Origin: Octopus sinensis
Lineage: Eukaryota
Direction of reading: 5' to 3'
Assembly: GCF_006345805.1 (NCBI RefSeq)
Contig: NC_042999.1
Location: 10,354,001 to 10,418,000, forward strand
DNA length: 64,000 nt
Shown here: piece by piece, positions 49,201 through 59,800 of the stretch
Layout: each line of letters begins with the position of its first letter
How positions within the stretch are numbered: position 1 is the stretch's first letter
Program-made: the position numbers and the translations under genes
The notes under the pieces: model-generated
What the model saw: only the letters and a program-made list of their open reading frames with translations
Told to the model about the DNA's origin: nothing
Database searches by the model: none

Positions 49201-50768
49201 CACTATTTTAGCAGCTTTTATATTTCATTGTAACGAATATGCAACATTTTGCCCGACAGATAATACTCTATTGTCTTCGTTAATGTTTTTTGGTTTTGGC
49301 GGGAGGTGGGGGGCAAAATGGAAGTCACGTTTGCCGGGTTATAATCTTGGTACAAACGTTAAGATTATTTTGAACTTTTAGAGTTTGTGCACAGAAAACA
49401 AAGATTTTCCACAGCAGGGTGCCTTATTTTTCTAACCTCCCAATGTAGCATTTCTCCTGTCAGTCTCTCTTCCCATCGCATCATCTGATCACTGCTTCGC
49501 GAAAGCAAACCCACTACACGTTATCACAAAAGAAATCCCACCCCGTCCAATTCCTTCATTCATCACAGACAATTGTGATGCCGACTTCTGTCCATTATTC
49601 TACACCAATAGAAACATTCTTTTGTCGTTAATTTTGGCAAAAACGGAGAAGACTATGGCTTCCTATATAAGATTAGATTCTACAGAGAATATATTTTGGT
49701 CTTCCTTTAACTGATCAAGAAATTGTAAATTTACCGACTGTAAATGAAGAATTCCTTAATCAGCAAAAGGAAGTGGAAATATCTGCCGAAATATATTTGC
49801 TTCTATCGATTTCTGGTAAAATACCTAATCAATTGGTAAAATAAACTATTTTATTATTGCTTTGTTTTTGTTTTTGTCAGAAAATAAATAAACACGTAGA
49901 CAAACGGGGAATATTTAAATTCCAGTCAACCAAAACCATTTCCGTCTGCTAGATCAGCTTTCGTCTCCGATTCGATGAGTTCGGAATATATTCTTTTTTT
50001 TTTTCCAAAATGCAATTCTAATATTTGATCGTTCCGTAAAGGTTAAAAGCACAATAAATCGCGACCAAGTCTCCGCTAAAGTCATTTCATTTATATAACC
50101 AAGGAAAAACCAAAAGCTTCGCGCAATTTCATTTCTCTTTTCAATGTGAGACATTTTCACCGATTCTGAAAATCAATTTTCGCTGTTTTTATTGTTAAAA
50201 ACGGTTTTTTTGGTAAACACGAAGAAAAGTTATTTATTTATTTATTTACAAACTTCGAAATTTAGTAATTAACTCTAGCAATTCCTTATCTGGCTAAATA
50301 TTAAGAATATAAACTCTAGACACAGAAATTATCCTCGCTTTACAGAAATCTCAATGTTATTGTAAAATATTACACAATGATGCTGATGTTGTTGTTGTTG
50401 TAGGAATGTGGGGCGGAGGGGAAGGTGTTAGGGGTTTCAAAACACTTCATCGATGACAACAAAACGATAAACAGAAATTCTTCAACTGAATTTTGTAAAA
50501 AACCTTGAATGTTTAACATTTAAAAAGCGAAATCAAAGGAAAACTGATTCGAAATTCGGCGAATCCTTCTTCAATGCCGACCACGCTGCCCGAAGCCTGC
50601 ACAAATGCGTTACACATGCCCTATTAAAACTGAAGATTTGTGAGGAAAATCTATGTTAGAGACATACAGTGAAATAAAATTGTAATAAACCGACATACTG
50701 TTGGGTCTTTCTTTCATGTACAAATCAATCACAATATCGCCCAAAGACGTTTCCAAAAGCACCGCCAT
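23493..50768 (-). CDS. PPIL4: peptidyl-prolyl cis-trans isomerase-like 4 (cyclophilin-RRM protein), 13 coding exons, 526 aa
   Basis: join(50699-50768, 44533-44600, 43498-43562, 42146-42263, 36300-36442, 34599-34695, 33360-33476, 32964-33088, 31862-31928, 28271-28382, 26478-26559, 25260-25440, 23493-23828) = 1581 nt. All introns GT-AG, phases consistent. Translation [17 protein letters not shown]...QTGDP..G.GGESIF...HGSQFFITL...[12 protein letters not shown]...[19 protein letters not shown] matches the PPIL4 family. Confidence 0.97.
24792..24954. mobile_element. MITE-like hairpin, ~66-bp arms, 31-nt loop
   Basis: 24792-24857 is the reverse complement of 24889-24954 with few mismatches. Confidence 0.85.
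25260..25440 (-). CDS. PPIL4: PPIL4 exon 12 (poly-Lys region)
   Basis: atcag|AAAAAAATATGAA...[10 protein letters not shown]...[15 protein letters not shown]...AWK|gtaggg. Confidence 0.9.
25441..26477 (-). other. PPIL4: U12-type (minor spliceosome) GT-AG intron, PPIL4 intron 11
   Basis: Donor GTATCCTTTG (26477-26468); branch-like TTCCTTAAT (25454-25446) just before ATCAG. Confidence 0.75.
26478..26559 (-). CDS. PPIL4: PPIL4 exon 11
   Basis: gctttccag|GGAAAGGT...[29 protein letters not shown]|gtatcc. Phase 1 in and phase 2 out, as exons 10 and 12 require. Confidence 0.82.
26722..27232. repeat. unclassified ~510-bp element embedded in a (TAA)n tract
   Basis: Non-coding block flanked by (TAA)n at 26681-26721 and aataataat at 27231; no other copy in the window. 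Confidence 0.4.
28271..28382 (-). CDS. PPIL4: PPIL4 exon 10 (RRM end)
   Basis: atggcag|[38 protein letters not shown]|gtaat. Confidence 0.97.
30480..31130 (+). mobile_element. decayed relative of the PHD-bearing RTE LINE
   Basis: [13 protein letters not shown]...[29 protein letters not shown] aligns with VNLAKTKVLISRKVDNPQISSGRWPCSI of the 8.2-kb ORF. Confidence 0.7.
31862..31928 (-). CDS. PPIL4: PPIL4 exon 9 (RRM RNP1)
   Basis: tatttag|[23 protein letters not shown]|gtgaat. Confidence 0.97.
32070..32360 (+). mobile_element. tRNA-derived SINE (related copies at ~45860-46150 and ~60620)
   Basis: gcatggccaagtggttagtgtgttgcagtcatgatcatgagatcgtggtttcaattcc head; shared body with 45860-46150. 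Confidence 0.65.
32964..33088 (-). CDS. PPIL4: PPIL4 exon 8 (RRM RNP2)
   Basis: ccctag|[43 protein letters not shown]|gtaag. Confidence 0.97.
33360..33476 (-). CDS. PPIL4: PPIL4 exon 7
   Basis: tttgtag|[15 protein letters not shown]...[11 protein letters not shown]|gtaagg. Confidence 0.96.
34599..34695 (-). CDS. PPIL4: PPIL4 exon 6
   Basis: aaacag|[33 protein letters not shown]|gtaaaa. Confidence 0.95.
34725..35118. repeat. ~390-bp (GATA)n/(GACA)n microsatellite
   Basis: Directly visible; begins ~30 nt from the exon 6 acceptor. Confidence 0.95.
36300..36442 (-). CDS. PPIL4: PPIL4 exon 5
   Basis: ccttag|[25 protein letters not shown]...RPFRDI-AG|gtgag. Confidence 0.97.
37065..37922 (-). 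mobile_element. internally deleted mariner with both TIRs and TA flanks
   Basis: TIR ggtggcatcaaaaagttcc(ag/ta)gac at both ends with flanking TA; transposase C-terminus [48 protein letters not shown]. Confidence 0.88.
41145..41365 (+). mobile_element. tRNA-derived SINE with Penelope-like tail (copy of 3270-3530)
   Basis: tatggcgtagtagctaagagcaggggctactaaccccaag...ttaggaatgagaac...aggctggagggtatatcagctgaaacgtg. Confidence 0.7.
42146..42263 (-). CDS. PPIL4: PPIL4 exon 4
   Basis: ttttcag|[40 protein letters not shown]|gtaat. Confidence 0.97.
43498..43562 (-). CDS. PPIL4: PPIL4 exon 3
   Basis: ttgccag|[23 protein letters not shown]|gtaag. Confidence 0.97.
44533..44600 (-). CDS. PPIL4: PPIL4 exon 2
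   Basis: cttccag|[24 protein letters not shown]|gtaag. Confidence 0.97.
44762..45492 (+). mobile_element. Helentron/DINE-1-like non-autonomous element with foreign inserts
   Basis: 5' tacctctgc..gtggaggta hairpin then (TTTG)n; 3' gcagaggt sub-TIR plus gcactc-tct-gagtgc hairpin then T-rich flank. Confidence 0.55.
44886..45080 (+). mobile_element. Gypsy LTR-retrotransposon integrase C-terminal (GPY/F) fragment
   Basis: [47 protein letters not shown](frameshift)AFIE. Confidence 0.75.
46790..47635 (-). mobile_element. 3' end (ORF tail plus UTR) of the RTE family, minus strand
   Basis: [30 protein letters not shown] matches the end of ORF 8165-9061. Confidence 0.85.
48227..48535 (-). mobile_element. 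CR1 3' fragment (same family as 18737-19404)
   Basis: [37 protein letters not shown] with (TTAG)n tail. Confidence 0.92.
50699..50768 (-). CDS. PPIL4: PPIL4 exon 1 (start codon)
   Basis: aagATGGCG Kozak context; [24 protein letters not shown]|gtatgt. Confidence 0.96.
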
Positions 50769-53240
50769 CTTCCCATGCGAGTGATCTCCCTTCCACCTTA
50801 GCATCTCCGGTTTTAATGAACATAAAAATACGGCTCGCCCGTCCCGCCGTCTCTTTGCTTCAGTAATTCGAGGAGTTCGCTTGAGTATTCGCGACATTTC
50901 GGGTTCGATCTCACCTTAAGGCACCGTGATTAAGGGTCATCTACCACAGCTTTGGTCAAACGAAGTTTTTCGAGGGAAATTAGGTAGAAAGAAACTCTGT
51001 GTAAGCATAAAAGACCAGCCTTTTTTACGTTGGTTCTTCTTGCGGATCACTTTAAGGGTAACAAGTGTCTGTGGAATACTCGCCCATTTACTATGATTCA
51101 ACGCGCAGGTCGTTTAGTTGATTGCACAATTAGAATAGGGTGGTTGCACTGACTCTTAAACCCATCGTTCAACATCCGAACACTTCTTCCCCACTCACTC
51201 ACAATTTGTTGCGATCTTTATCTTCAATTTATATTGAAATAAAGGCGGGTAGATAAAGTGTGATCCCATTGAGGTAGGATCTGCATAAAGTTTGCTGACC
51301 AGCCCCTCTGCAGGTCCTACTACATGTTGGGCGTCACAGGGGCCAACAGGTAAATGGTTATCAAGTTAGCTAATGGAAGCAACAAACGTTACATCTAGAT
51401 TAACAGGTGTGAACCTTTGAAGGAGTAGTTCTACCTGGGTAGAAGCTAGTGCTTGATCAACCCCAGTTAGATCACCTGGCTGAGGGTGTCTGTTTAAAAA
51501 GGTCCGAAACATCCACATTGATGATGTGTCCCGATGCGTTAAAGAGCTTCGTCAAATGGTCTTTTACTTATGTGTGCATTCTGGTATCACACAGTCTCCT
51601 AAAAGTTCGCAAGTTTAAGCAAAATAAAGAAGCACCTTGCAATTTTTCGAAATATTTTGTTTTGCTTTTCTTTTCTTTTTTTTATTTTGTTTTGATAGGT
51701 ACAGGAGTGGCTGTGCGGTAAGTAGCTTGCTTACCAACCACATGGTTCCGGGTTCGGTGGCACCTTGGGCAAGTGTCTTCTACTATAACCTCGGGCCAAC
51801 CAAAGCCTTGTGAATGGATTTGATAGACGGAAACTGAAAGAAGACCGTCGTATATATATGTGTGTATTTGTGTGTCTGCATGTCCCCCCAACATCGCTTG
51901 ACAACCGATGGTGGTGTGTTTACGTCCCCATAACGGTTCGGCAAAAAAAAACCGATAGTTTAAGTTCTAGGCTTCTAAAGAATAAGTCCTGGGGTCGATT
52001 TGCTCGACTAAAGGTGGTGCTCCAGCATAGCCGCACTCAAATGACTGAAACAAGTAAAAGAGTAAAAAAGAGAGATATGTTTGCATTCTTGGCGAACTCC
52101 ATATTGAATGAAAAATTAGATGAAACAGCCTCAAGCCAGTCCTAACTGAACAGGTCAGTGATTTTGTTACCTGCAATTCTGTATCATTTGAGGCATATTC
52201 TACCGGTAGTTTTAGCAGGTCAACGTATTAGGCCTACTTAAAGATATATCAATCCGTCAAAAGCTAAACAGATCGTTGATTGGAAATATAGAAAACATGA
52301 CTGTCAACAAACTAAATTATCGACTTACAATTTCGTTTGTATCTTTTCACCTCAAGCAATAACTATCGTTTTTTTTTTTTTTTTTTTTTTTTTTTTGATA
52401 GCCGAAAAGATGCACGGCTTTATTAAACACACCCCTGTTGTAGAAGCACATATTTACGGGGGGAAAAAACGGTTTTTATTGCATTAACGCTTATAGAGGC
52501 TCGACTTCGCATATAGGACTCGGGGTGATTTTTTTTAAACAACTTTTTGAGGGGAAAAAATGAGCGTTTTATAGGACAGCAAATACAAGGGACAACTCCA
52601 CATACGTTCCAGTGTTATTAGACCTCCTCAACGTTGACTTCACTCAAGCGTATATTCAGCCGCTTGGGTAGAACTTTCGTTTGTGCAGCTGACAATGACG
52701 AAAGAGGCAGCAATTACAGGATCACAGAATCTTTCTAATTTATCTATTTCATTTCTTTTTCCCCTTTGAGCATGAACCGCCCTCTCCACCACCCCTTTAT
52801 TTGTATCTCCTTTCAGATACTGTTGAGTCTCATGTATTTAAGAAAATGGTTCAGTTGTAAATATCCAAGCAATAAGTGAACAAAATCTCCCTCTATGTGC
52901 GCTCAAAAATCTAAAAACAAGCAAGAAAAATAATTCTAATACGACCAAGATTCATAATCCCATAAACAGACTGGAATGGTGGTGAAGGGATCTAAGACAT
53001 TTTCTGTTGGCAACAAATACTACCCTCAGAAAGTCACCTCTTCGACCAATATGCTTCTATATGTGTGTGTGTTCTTATTCTTCGTCTTGTTCCGTTCTAT
53101 TTTTCTCTCTCTCCTTCCTCCATCGTGACAAGTCAAACCGTCTTCACCTCAACAATCAGATTAATTCGGGTCGAGTAATTTAACCTCGTTTATCTATTTA
53201 TTCATACGCTTGAAGTATAGAAATATCATAGAGCTACTTA

Positions 53241-53294
<54 letters not shown>

Positions 53295-54036
53295 TTACAT
53301 AGTTTACAAGACAAATAGGGCACACCACCCGGTTTTCGGCGTCACAAAAACCCTAACTCTAAACACCGGGGGTGTGCGTATTCTTTACTTTCGCCAACAA
53401 ATGGTGAGTAGAATAAGATGCAGTCGTAGGAATATGGTAGAATCTAAAGACGGTTTTAAATCTTTTGTCGTATTTATTTAACCTGTCGCCCGATAATCTG
53501 AACGATCTCCACTAATCTAAATTAATACTGTATCTCTTTGAGGTCTCTGATTAAATTTAATATTCGTAGTTGATAGAAATATACATCAAATTAAACACAC
53601 ACACACATTGCGGTGCACCTGAGCACTATATACAAGAATTTCATTATTATTAATATCATCCCATTATTCATCCGCTTTATTTTTTCCTTCCCCACTGCAT
53701 GTTTTGTCTGTCCTTGTATGTTTTTCGCCCCTTGTGGGTAACAAGGAATTAAGAGATTGTCGTGTTTCTACTGGTTTCACTTAGTATTAATTAATTAATA
53801 AACCCAGCCAATTTCCCCGCCACCCGCCCACCCTTTTACTCAACAAGTCCCAAGTCGCTTCTTCGCCGGTTGTCAGATGAACTTCCGGGCAATTATTTAT
53901 TTCTCTCCACGTGTTTGGTCGATTCACTCGTAAATTCTGACGGCAAACCCACGCACACATCCATATATTTACATCGAGATAATTACCGCCTCCTCTTTTG
54001 GATTTTTTTTTCATTTCTTTTTGAAATAACACAGTT
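50769..54036. promoter_or_regulatory. divergent intergenic region holding the PPIL4 and ACAT2 promoters and 5'UTRs
   Basis: Inferred from head-to-head ATGs. CpG-richer patches near 50770-50900 and 53800-53960, with ACTTCCGG at 53881 and CACGTG at 53908. TSSs cannot be located from sequence. Confidence 0.55.
51700..52065 (+). mobile_element. SINE family A, near full-length copy
   Basis: aggagtggctgtgcggtaagtagcttgc... to ...aaatgactgaaacaagtaaaagagtaaaaaag. Confidence 0.85.
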
Positions 54037-54079
54037 ATGGAATCAGCCGTTATCGTCGCTGCAGCTCGCACTCCCATCG
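54037..54079 (+). CDS. ACAT2: ACAT2 coding exon 1
   Basis: [15 protein letters not shown]|gtaagt. Confidence 0.93.
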
Positions 54080-56511
54080 GTAAGTAATTAATTGCGTTTT
54101 ATATATACATATATATATATATATAATTTAAAGGACTGAACACAAAAAGTGGACAGTCAAAATGCTAGATATAGACGTCAAATCGCTATTTTCCACAAAG
54201 AGTATGTTCTCAAAAAAAAAAATATTTTAATCTTCGGATTCTTTTTAATATGCTGGGCCACTGGTTTTAATTGACTAATATCAATTTCTACCCTTATTAA
54301 ATTTTATATTATATATATATATATATAATCCATATTTTTATTGCTTTTTCTTTTGTCTTGCTCGATTACGTTTTGGTTGTTTTGCTAAATTTTTCTTGAG
54401 AATATTTCTTAGTGGTAAGACCATAGCGGATCTATTTCTAGCATAAGGGTGTCCACATAGTGGTTTCCCTCATATAATACAATTTTACTGAAACTTCAGT
54501 CTTTTTATATGCTAGAGCACTGGTGTGAAATTAATGTTAATTAAATCAATATCTAATTTCTCACCCTCATTTTAAACTTATATATATATACACACACACG
54601 CACTAGCGAGTTCTTTATTATTTACTTTTTGTGATGTTTTTACTTTTTTTTAGTTTCGGAAAATCGAACAAAACGGTTTTTCTGATCTTTAATTATAAAC
54701 ACCGTAAGCATTGTTTCCGCTTCTTATATTACATGTTGCAAACACGATAAAAAGAACTCAATACATGTGTATATGTTTATTATTTTTAATCGGTAGAAAG
54801 TTACAGAAATGACTCGAGGGTCGAGAGTTTCGTTCGTAGCACTTATCAAAGTTCCCAGCACGAAAATCTTGGTCCTATTGTCACCTTTCCGCCGATTTGA
54901 TTTATAACCCTGGAATATTTTTTCTGTTTAGGTTCCTTTAATGGTAGTTTTGCCACGATTCCAGTGGTAGAACTCGGTGCCAATGTCATTAAAAGTATCC
55001 TTGAACGGTCAGCTGTGAAGCCTGAAGATGTATCAGAAGTTATTATGGGAAATGTCTACACAGCAGGTAAGACTTTAATTACACGAGACTTAACAATTAA
55101 CTAAAGTAATTAGACGAAAAAAATGAACCCAAAAGGGCTAAAATACTCTCTCAATCCCATAAGAAGGAATCGCTGTTATTTTTTCCATCCAGCCACTCCC
55201 ACCCCGCCAAGCAATGGTGGCGGGTGAACTACAAAAGTGCCTCTTCTGGCACCCACCCCCTTTAACCGTCTGACAAGTTCTTGTAACAACTTTCCTTGCT
55301 GCTGTTGCATTCCTGCTACAAAAACTGTAATTCTGTTACTCTTTTATTATTTTACTTGTTTCAGTCATTTGACTGCGGCCGTGCTGGAGCACCACCTTTA
55401 GTCGAACAAATCGACCCCCAGGACTTATTCTTTGTTAGCCCAATGTACTTATTCTATCGGTATCTTTTGCCGAACCGCTAATGTTACGGGGACGTAAGCA
55501 CACCAACATCGGTTGGCAAACGATGGTGGGGGGGGGCAATCACAGACACAAATGCATGCATGCATACGTATATATATTCATATATACGACGGGCTTCTTT
55601 CAGTTTCCGTCTACCGAATCCACTCACAAGGCAGCGCTAATGCAGACTCACATCTCACTTTGAAAAATGCATTTTTCTGAAAATGTTTATTTGGTATCCT
55701 AGGTTTTCCATGTCGGAGATTACGAATAGTCGAAAACAAAATTTTTAACCCCATCCCTAATTTAAATGTTTATTGAAGCGTGGAAATTTCATTAAAGCAA
55801 TTCTAAGTTTATTTGGCTAAACTGTAGAAATTGTTGTTTCGACATTGCTGTTAAAATCCCTGTATTTTCCCACGTTACATACCTGCTGGGGTGGGGCTTA
55901 AAATTTTGGATTTTTTTTTTCTTTTTCTTTGCTTATTCGTAATCTCTATCATGGAAAACCTATCAATCCAAATAAACTTTTCCAGAAAAATGCATTTTTC
56001 AAGGTGAGGTACAAATCTGCATTAGCCCCACAAGCTTCTTACCACACACCCACTCCTGCACCTATTCTTTTACTTGTTTCAGTCATTTGACTGCGGCCAT
56101 GCTGGAGCACAGCCTTTAGTAAAACAAATCAACCCCAGGACTTATTCTTTGTTAGCCTAGTACTTATTCTATCGGCCTCTTTTGCTGAACCACTAAGTTA
56201 CGGGGACGTAAACACACCAGCATAGGTTGTCAAGTGTCTTCTATAGCCTCGGGCCGACCAAAGACTTGTGAGTAGATTTGGTAGATGGAAACTGAAAGAA
56301 GCCTGGCATATATACATATGTATATGTTTTTGTCTCCCCAACAGCACTTGACAACCGACGCTGGTGTGTTTATGTCCCCGTAACCTAGCGGTTCGGCAAA
56401 AGAGACTAAGATAGAATAAGTACTAGGCTTACAAAGTCCTGGGGTCAATTTGTTGGACTAAAGGCAGTGCTCCAGCATGGCCACAGTCAAATGACTGAAA
56501 CAAGTAAAAGA

Positions 56512-56579
<68 letters not shown>

Positions 56580-56759
56580 CATACATACACACGACTGGCT
56601 TCTTTCAGTTTCCGTCTACCAAATCCACTGACAAGGCTTTAGTCAGCCCGAGGCTATAGAAGAAGACACTTGCCCAAGGTGTCATGCAGTGGGACTGAAC
56701 CCAGAACCATGTGGTTGGTAAGCAAGCTACTTACCACACAGCCACTCCTGCGCCTATGT

Positions 56760-56847
<88 letters not shown>

Positions 56848-59800
56848 TATACATATATATATAAAGGGTAAAGACCCCCTTCGGTCATGAATGACCATGG
56901 GATTGCACCTAGAAAGTTACCCTCCTAGACACAAGTCCGGGCAAGGTTGTTTATGGAAGACCAGCAGTCGCCCATGCATACCAGCCTCCCCTCTCCACGC
57001 CACCAGTGTTATCCAAGGGAAAGACAAAGGTCGATACAGCTTGCCACCAGTGACGTCGCAACTCATTTCTACAGTTGAGTGAACTGGAGCAATGTGAAAT
57101 AAAGTGCCTTGCTCAAGAACACAACACGCAGCCCGGTCCGGGATTCGAGCTCACGATCGTAAGCTCGGCGCTCTAACCACTGAGCCATGCACCTAGATAT
57201 ATATATATATATCAAAATGTGACCGCGTGTGTACCGTTAGCGATTTTTTTTCCCTCTGTCTTCCCTTCTCTGGATCTTTCCTTCTCCTATGTTTCCGACG
57301 AAGAGCTCCGCTGAAACGTTAAACCTTCCTTCTTTCCTTCTTTCCTGAGCATCCAATAATACTATATTTGTTCCACGTCCTCGCGTTGTTGTGTTTTTTT
57401 GTGCTTTCTTGTTTGGATTAACTTTATATGTATATATATATTTCATGTTTATTGTTTGACATATGTTGTACAGAGATAAAAACATAACTTCAAACAATAA
57501 GAGATTGACCTAGGCTTGAGAAAATTCTAATCTAAACTATTTTAAAGCTGTGAGTGACAGCAGCTGTATTTGTTCAAAATAGCAATTTGCATATCATACA
57601 ATATGCAGATTGTTTTAATGTTATTTACCTGATCCCTAATTGTATTTAACCCTTTAAATAACCCAGTGTTACCAGTGTGTGATAAGTTTTGTAAATAGAG
57701 ATGTAGACCATTGCTGTTTTCGTGTTTCATATATTTCCATTGTGTCATGCTTGAGATGAAGAGCTGTCAAGCCAAGTAAAATCACAGTCAAATCAAATTC
57801 AATGATTGGAATCCGTGCCAGTGGAGCACTAAGAGCACCATCCAAGCATGATTGTTGCCAGAGCAACTAACTGGCTTCGATGCCGGTGGCACATAAAAAG
57901 CACCATTCGAGTGTGACCGTTACCAGTGCCGCCTTATTGGCACTCATGCTGGTGGCACATAAAAAGCACCATTCGAGTGTGACCGTTACCAGTGCCGCCT
58001 TATTGGCACTCATGCTGGTGGCACATAAAAAGCACCATTCGAGTGTGACCATTACCAGTGCCGCCTTATTGGCACTCATGCTGGTGGCACATAAAAAGCA
58101 CCATTCGAGTGTGACCGTTACCAGTGCCGCCTTATTGGCACTCATGCTGGTGGCACATAAAAAGCACCATTCGAGTGTGACCGTTACCAGTGCCGCCTTA
58201 TTGGCACTCATGCTGGTGGCACATAAAAAGCACCATTCGAGTGTGACCGTTACCAGTGCCGCCTTATTGGCACTCATGCTGGTGGCACATAAAAAGCACC
58301 ATTCGAGTGTGACCGTTACCAGTGCCGCCTTATTGGCACTCATGCTGGTGGCACATAAAAAGCACCATTCGAGTGTGACCATTACCAGTGCCGCCTTATT
58401 GGCACTCATGCTGGTGGCACATAAAAAGCACCATTCGAGTGTGACCGTTACCAGTGCCGCCTTATTGGCACTCATGCTGGTGGCACATAAAAAGCACCAT
58501 TCGAGTGTGACCGTTACCAGTGCCGCCTTATTGGCACTCATGCTGGTGGCACATAAAAAGCACCATTCGAGTGTGACCGTTACCAGTGCCGCCTTATTGG
58601 CACTCATGCTGGTGGCACATAAAAAGCACCATTCGAGTGTGTGACCGTTACCAGTGCCGCCTTATTGGCACTCATGCTGGTGGCACATAAAAAGCACCAT
58701 TCGAGTGTGACCGTTACCAGTGCCGCCTTATTGGCACTCATGCTGGTGGCACATAAAAAGCACCATTCGAGTGTGACCGTTACCAGTGCCGCCTTCCTGG
58801 CACGTGAAAAAACATTCAAGCGAGGTTGTTGCCAGTGCCACTGGACTGGCCCCTGTGCAGGTGGCACGTAAAAAGCACCATTTGAGTGTGGTCATTGCCA
58901 GTACCACCTGACTGGCCCTCATGCCGGTGGGATGTAAAAGCATCCACTACACTCTCGGAGTGGTTGGCATTAGGAAGGGCATCCAGCTGTAGAAATTCTG
59001 CCAGATAAGTCTGGAGCCTGGTGCAGCCATCTGGTTCACCAGTCAAACCATCCAGCCCATGCCAGCATGGGAAGTGGATATTAAACGATGATGATGATGT
59101 GGAAGATACTGGTGTCGTGCAAATGCATCCATTACCCTCTGGGGGTTTGGTTGGCATTAGGAAGGGCATCCAGCCATAGAAACCGTGCAAAATCACACAG
59201 GAGTCTCATGCAGCCTTCCACTTTGCCAGCCCAGGCTGAACCGTCCAACCCATGCCAGCATGGAGAACGGATTCTAAATGATGATGATGATGATGATGAT
59301 ACATAAGATCATCATCATCATCATCATTTAACGTCCGTTTTCCGCGCCAGCACGGGTTGGACGGTTCGACCGGGGTCTGGGAAGCCAGGGGCTGCTCCTG
59401 GCTCCAGTCTGATCTGGCAGAGTTTCTACGGCTGGAAGCCCTTCCTAACGCCAATCATTCCGTGAGTGTAGTGGGTGCTTTTTACGTGCCACCTGCACAG
59501 GTGGCAGGGGGGGTCTGGCATCGGTCACGATCAGTTGGAGCTTGTAACGTGCCAGCGGCACGGAAGCCAGCCAAGGCGGCGCTGGCAACGTTTGGATGGT
59601 CTTTTTATGTGCCACCGGCACAGGAGCCACATTCATATTTATTCAATCTCTCTCTCTCTCTCTCTCTCTCCATTGAAGTAATATTGATCTCATTTTGTTA
59701 AGGCTTATTTTACTTTCTGTTACATCTAAACATGTCTAAAGCAAGACTGAATGTTGTTTGGAACCGACCAACTGGAACCAAGTCAGAAACCTTTTGATTA

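Noticed and set aside
57867-58644. 246-aa and 254-aa repetitive ORFs, and a possible CRISPR-like array
   Set aside because: Translations of the 66-bp tandem unit (a multiple of 3 without stops). There are no unique spacers, no cas genes, and the context is eukaryotic.
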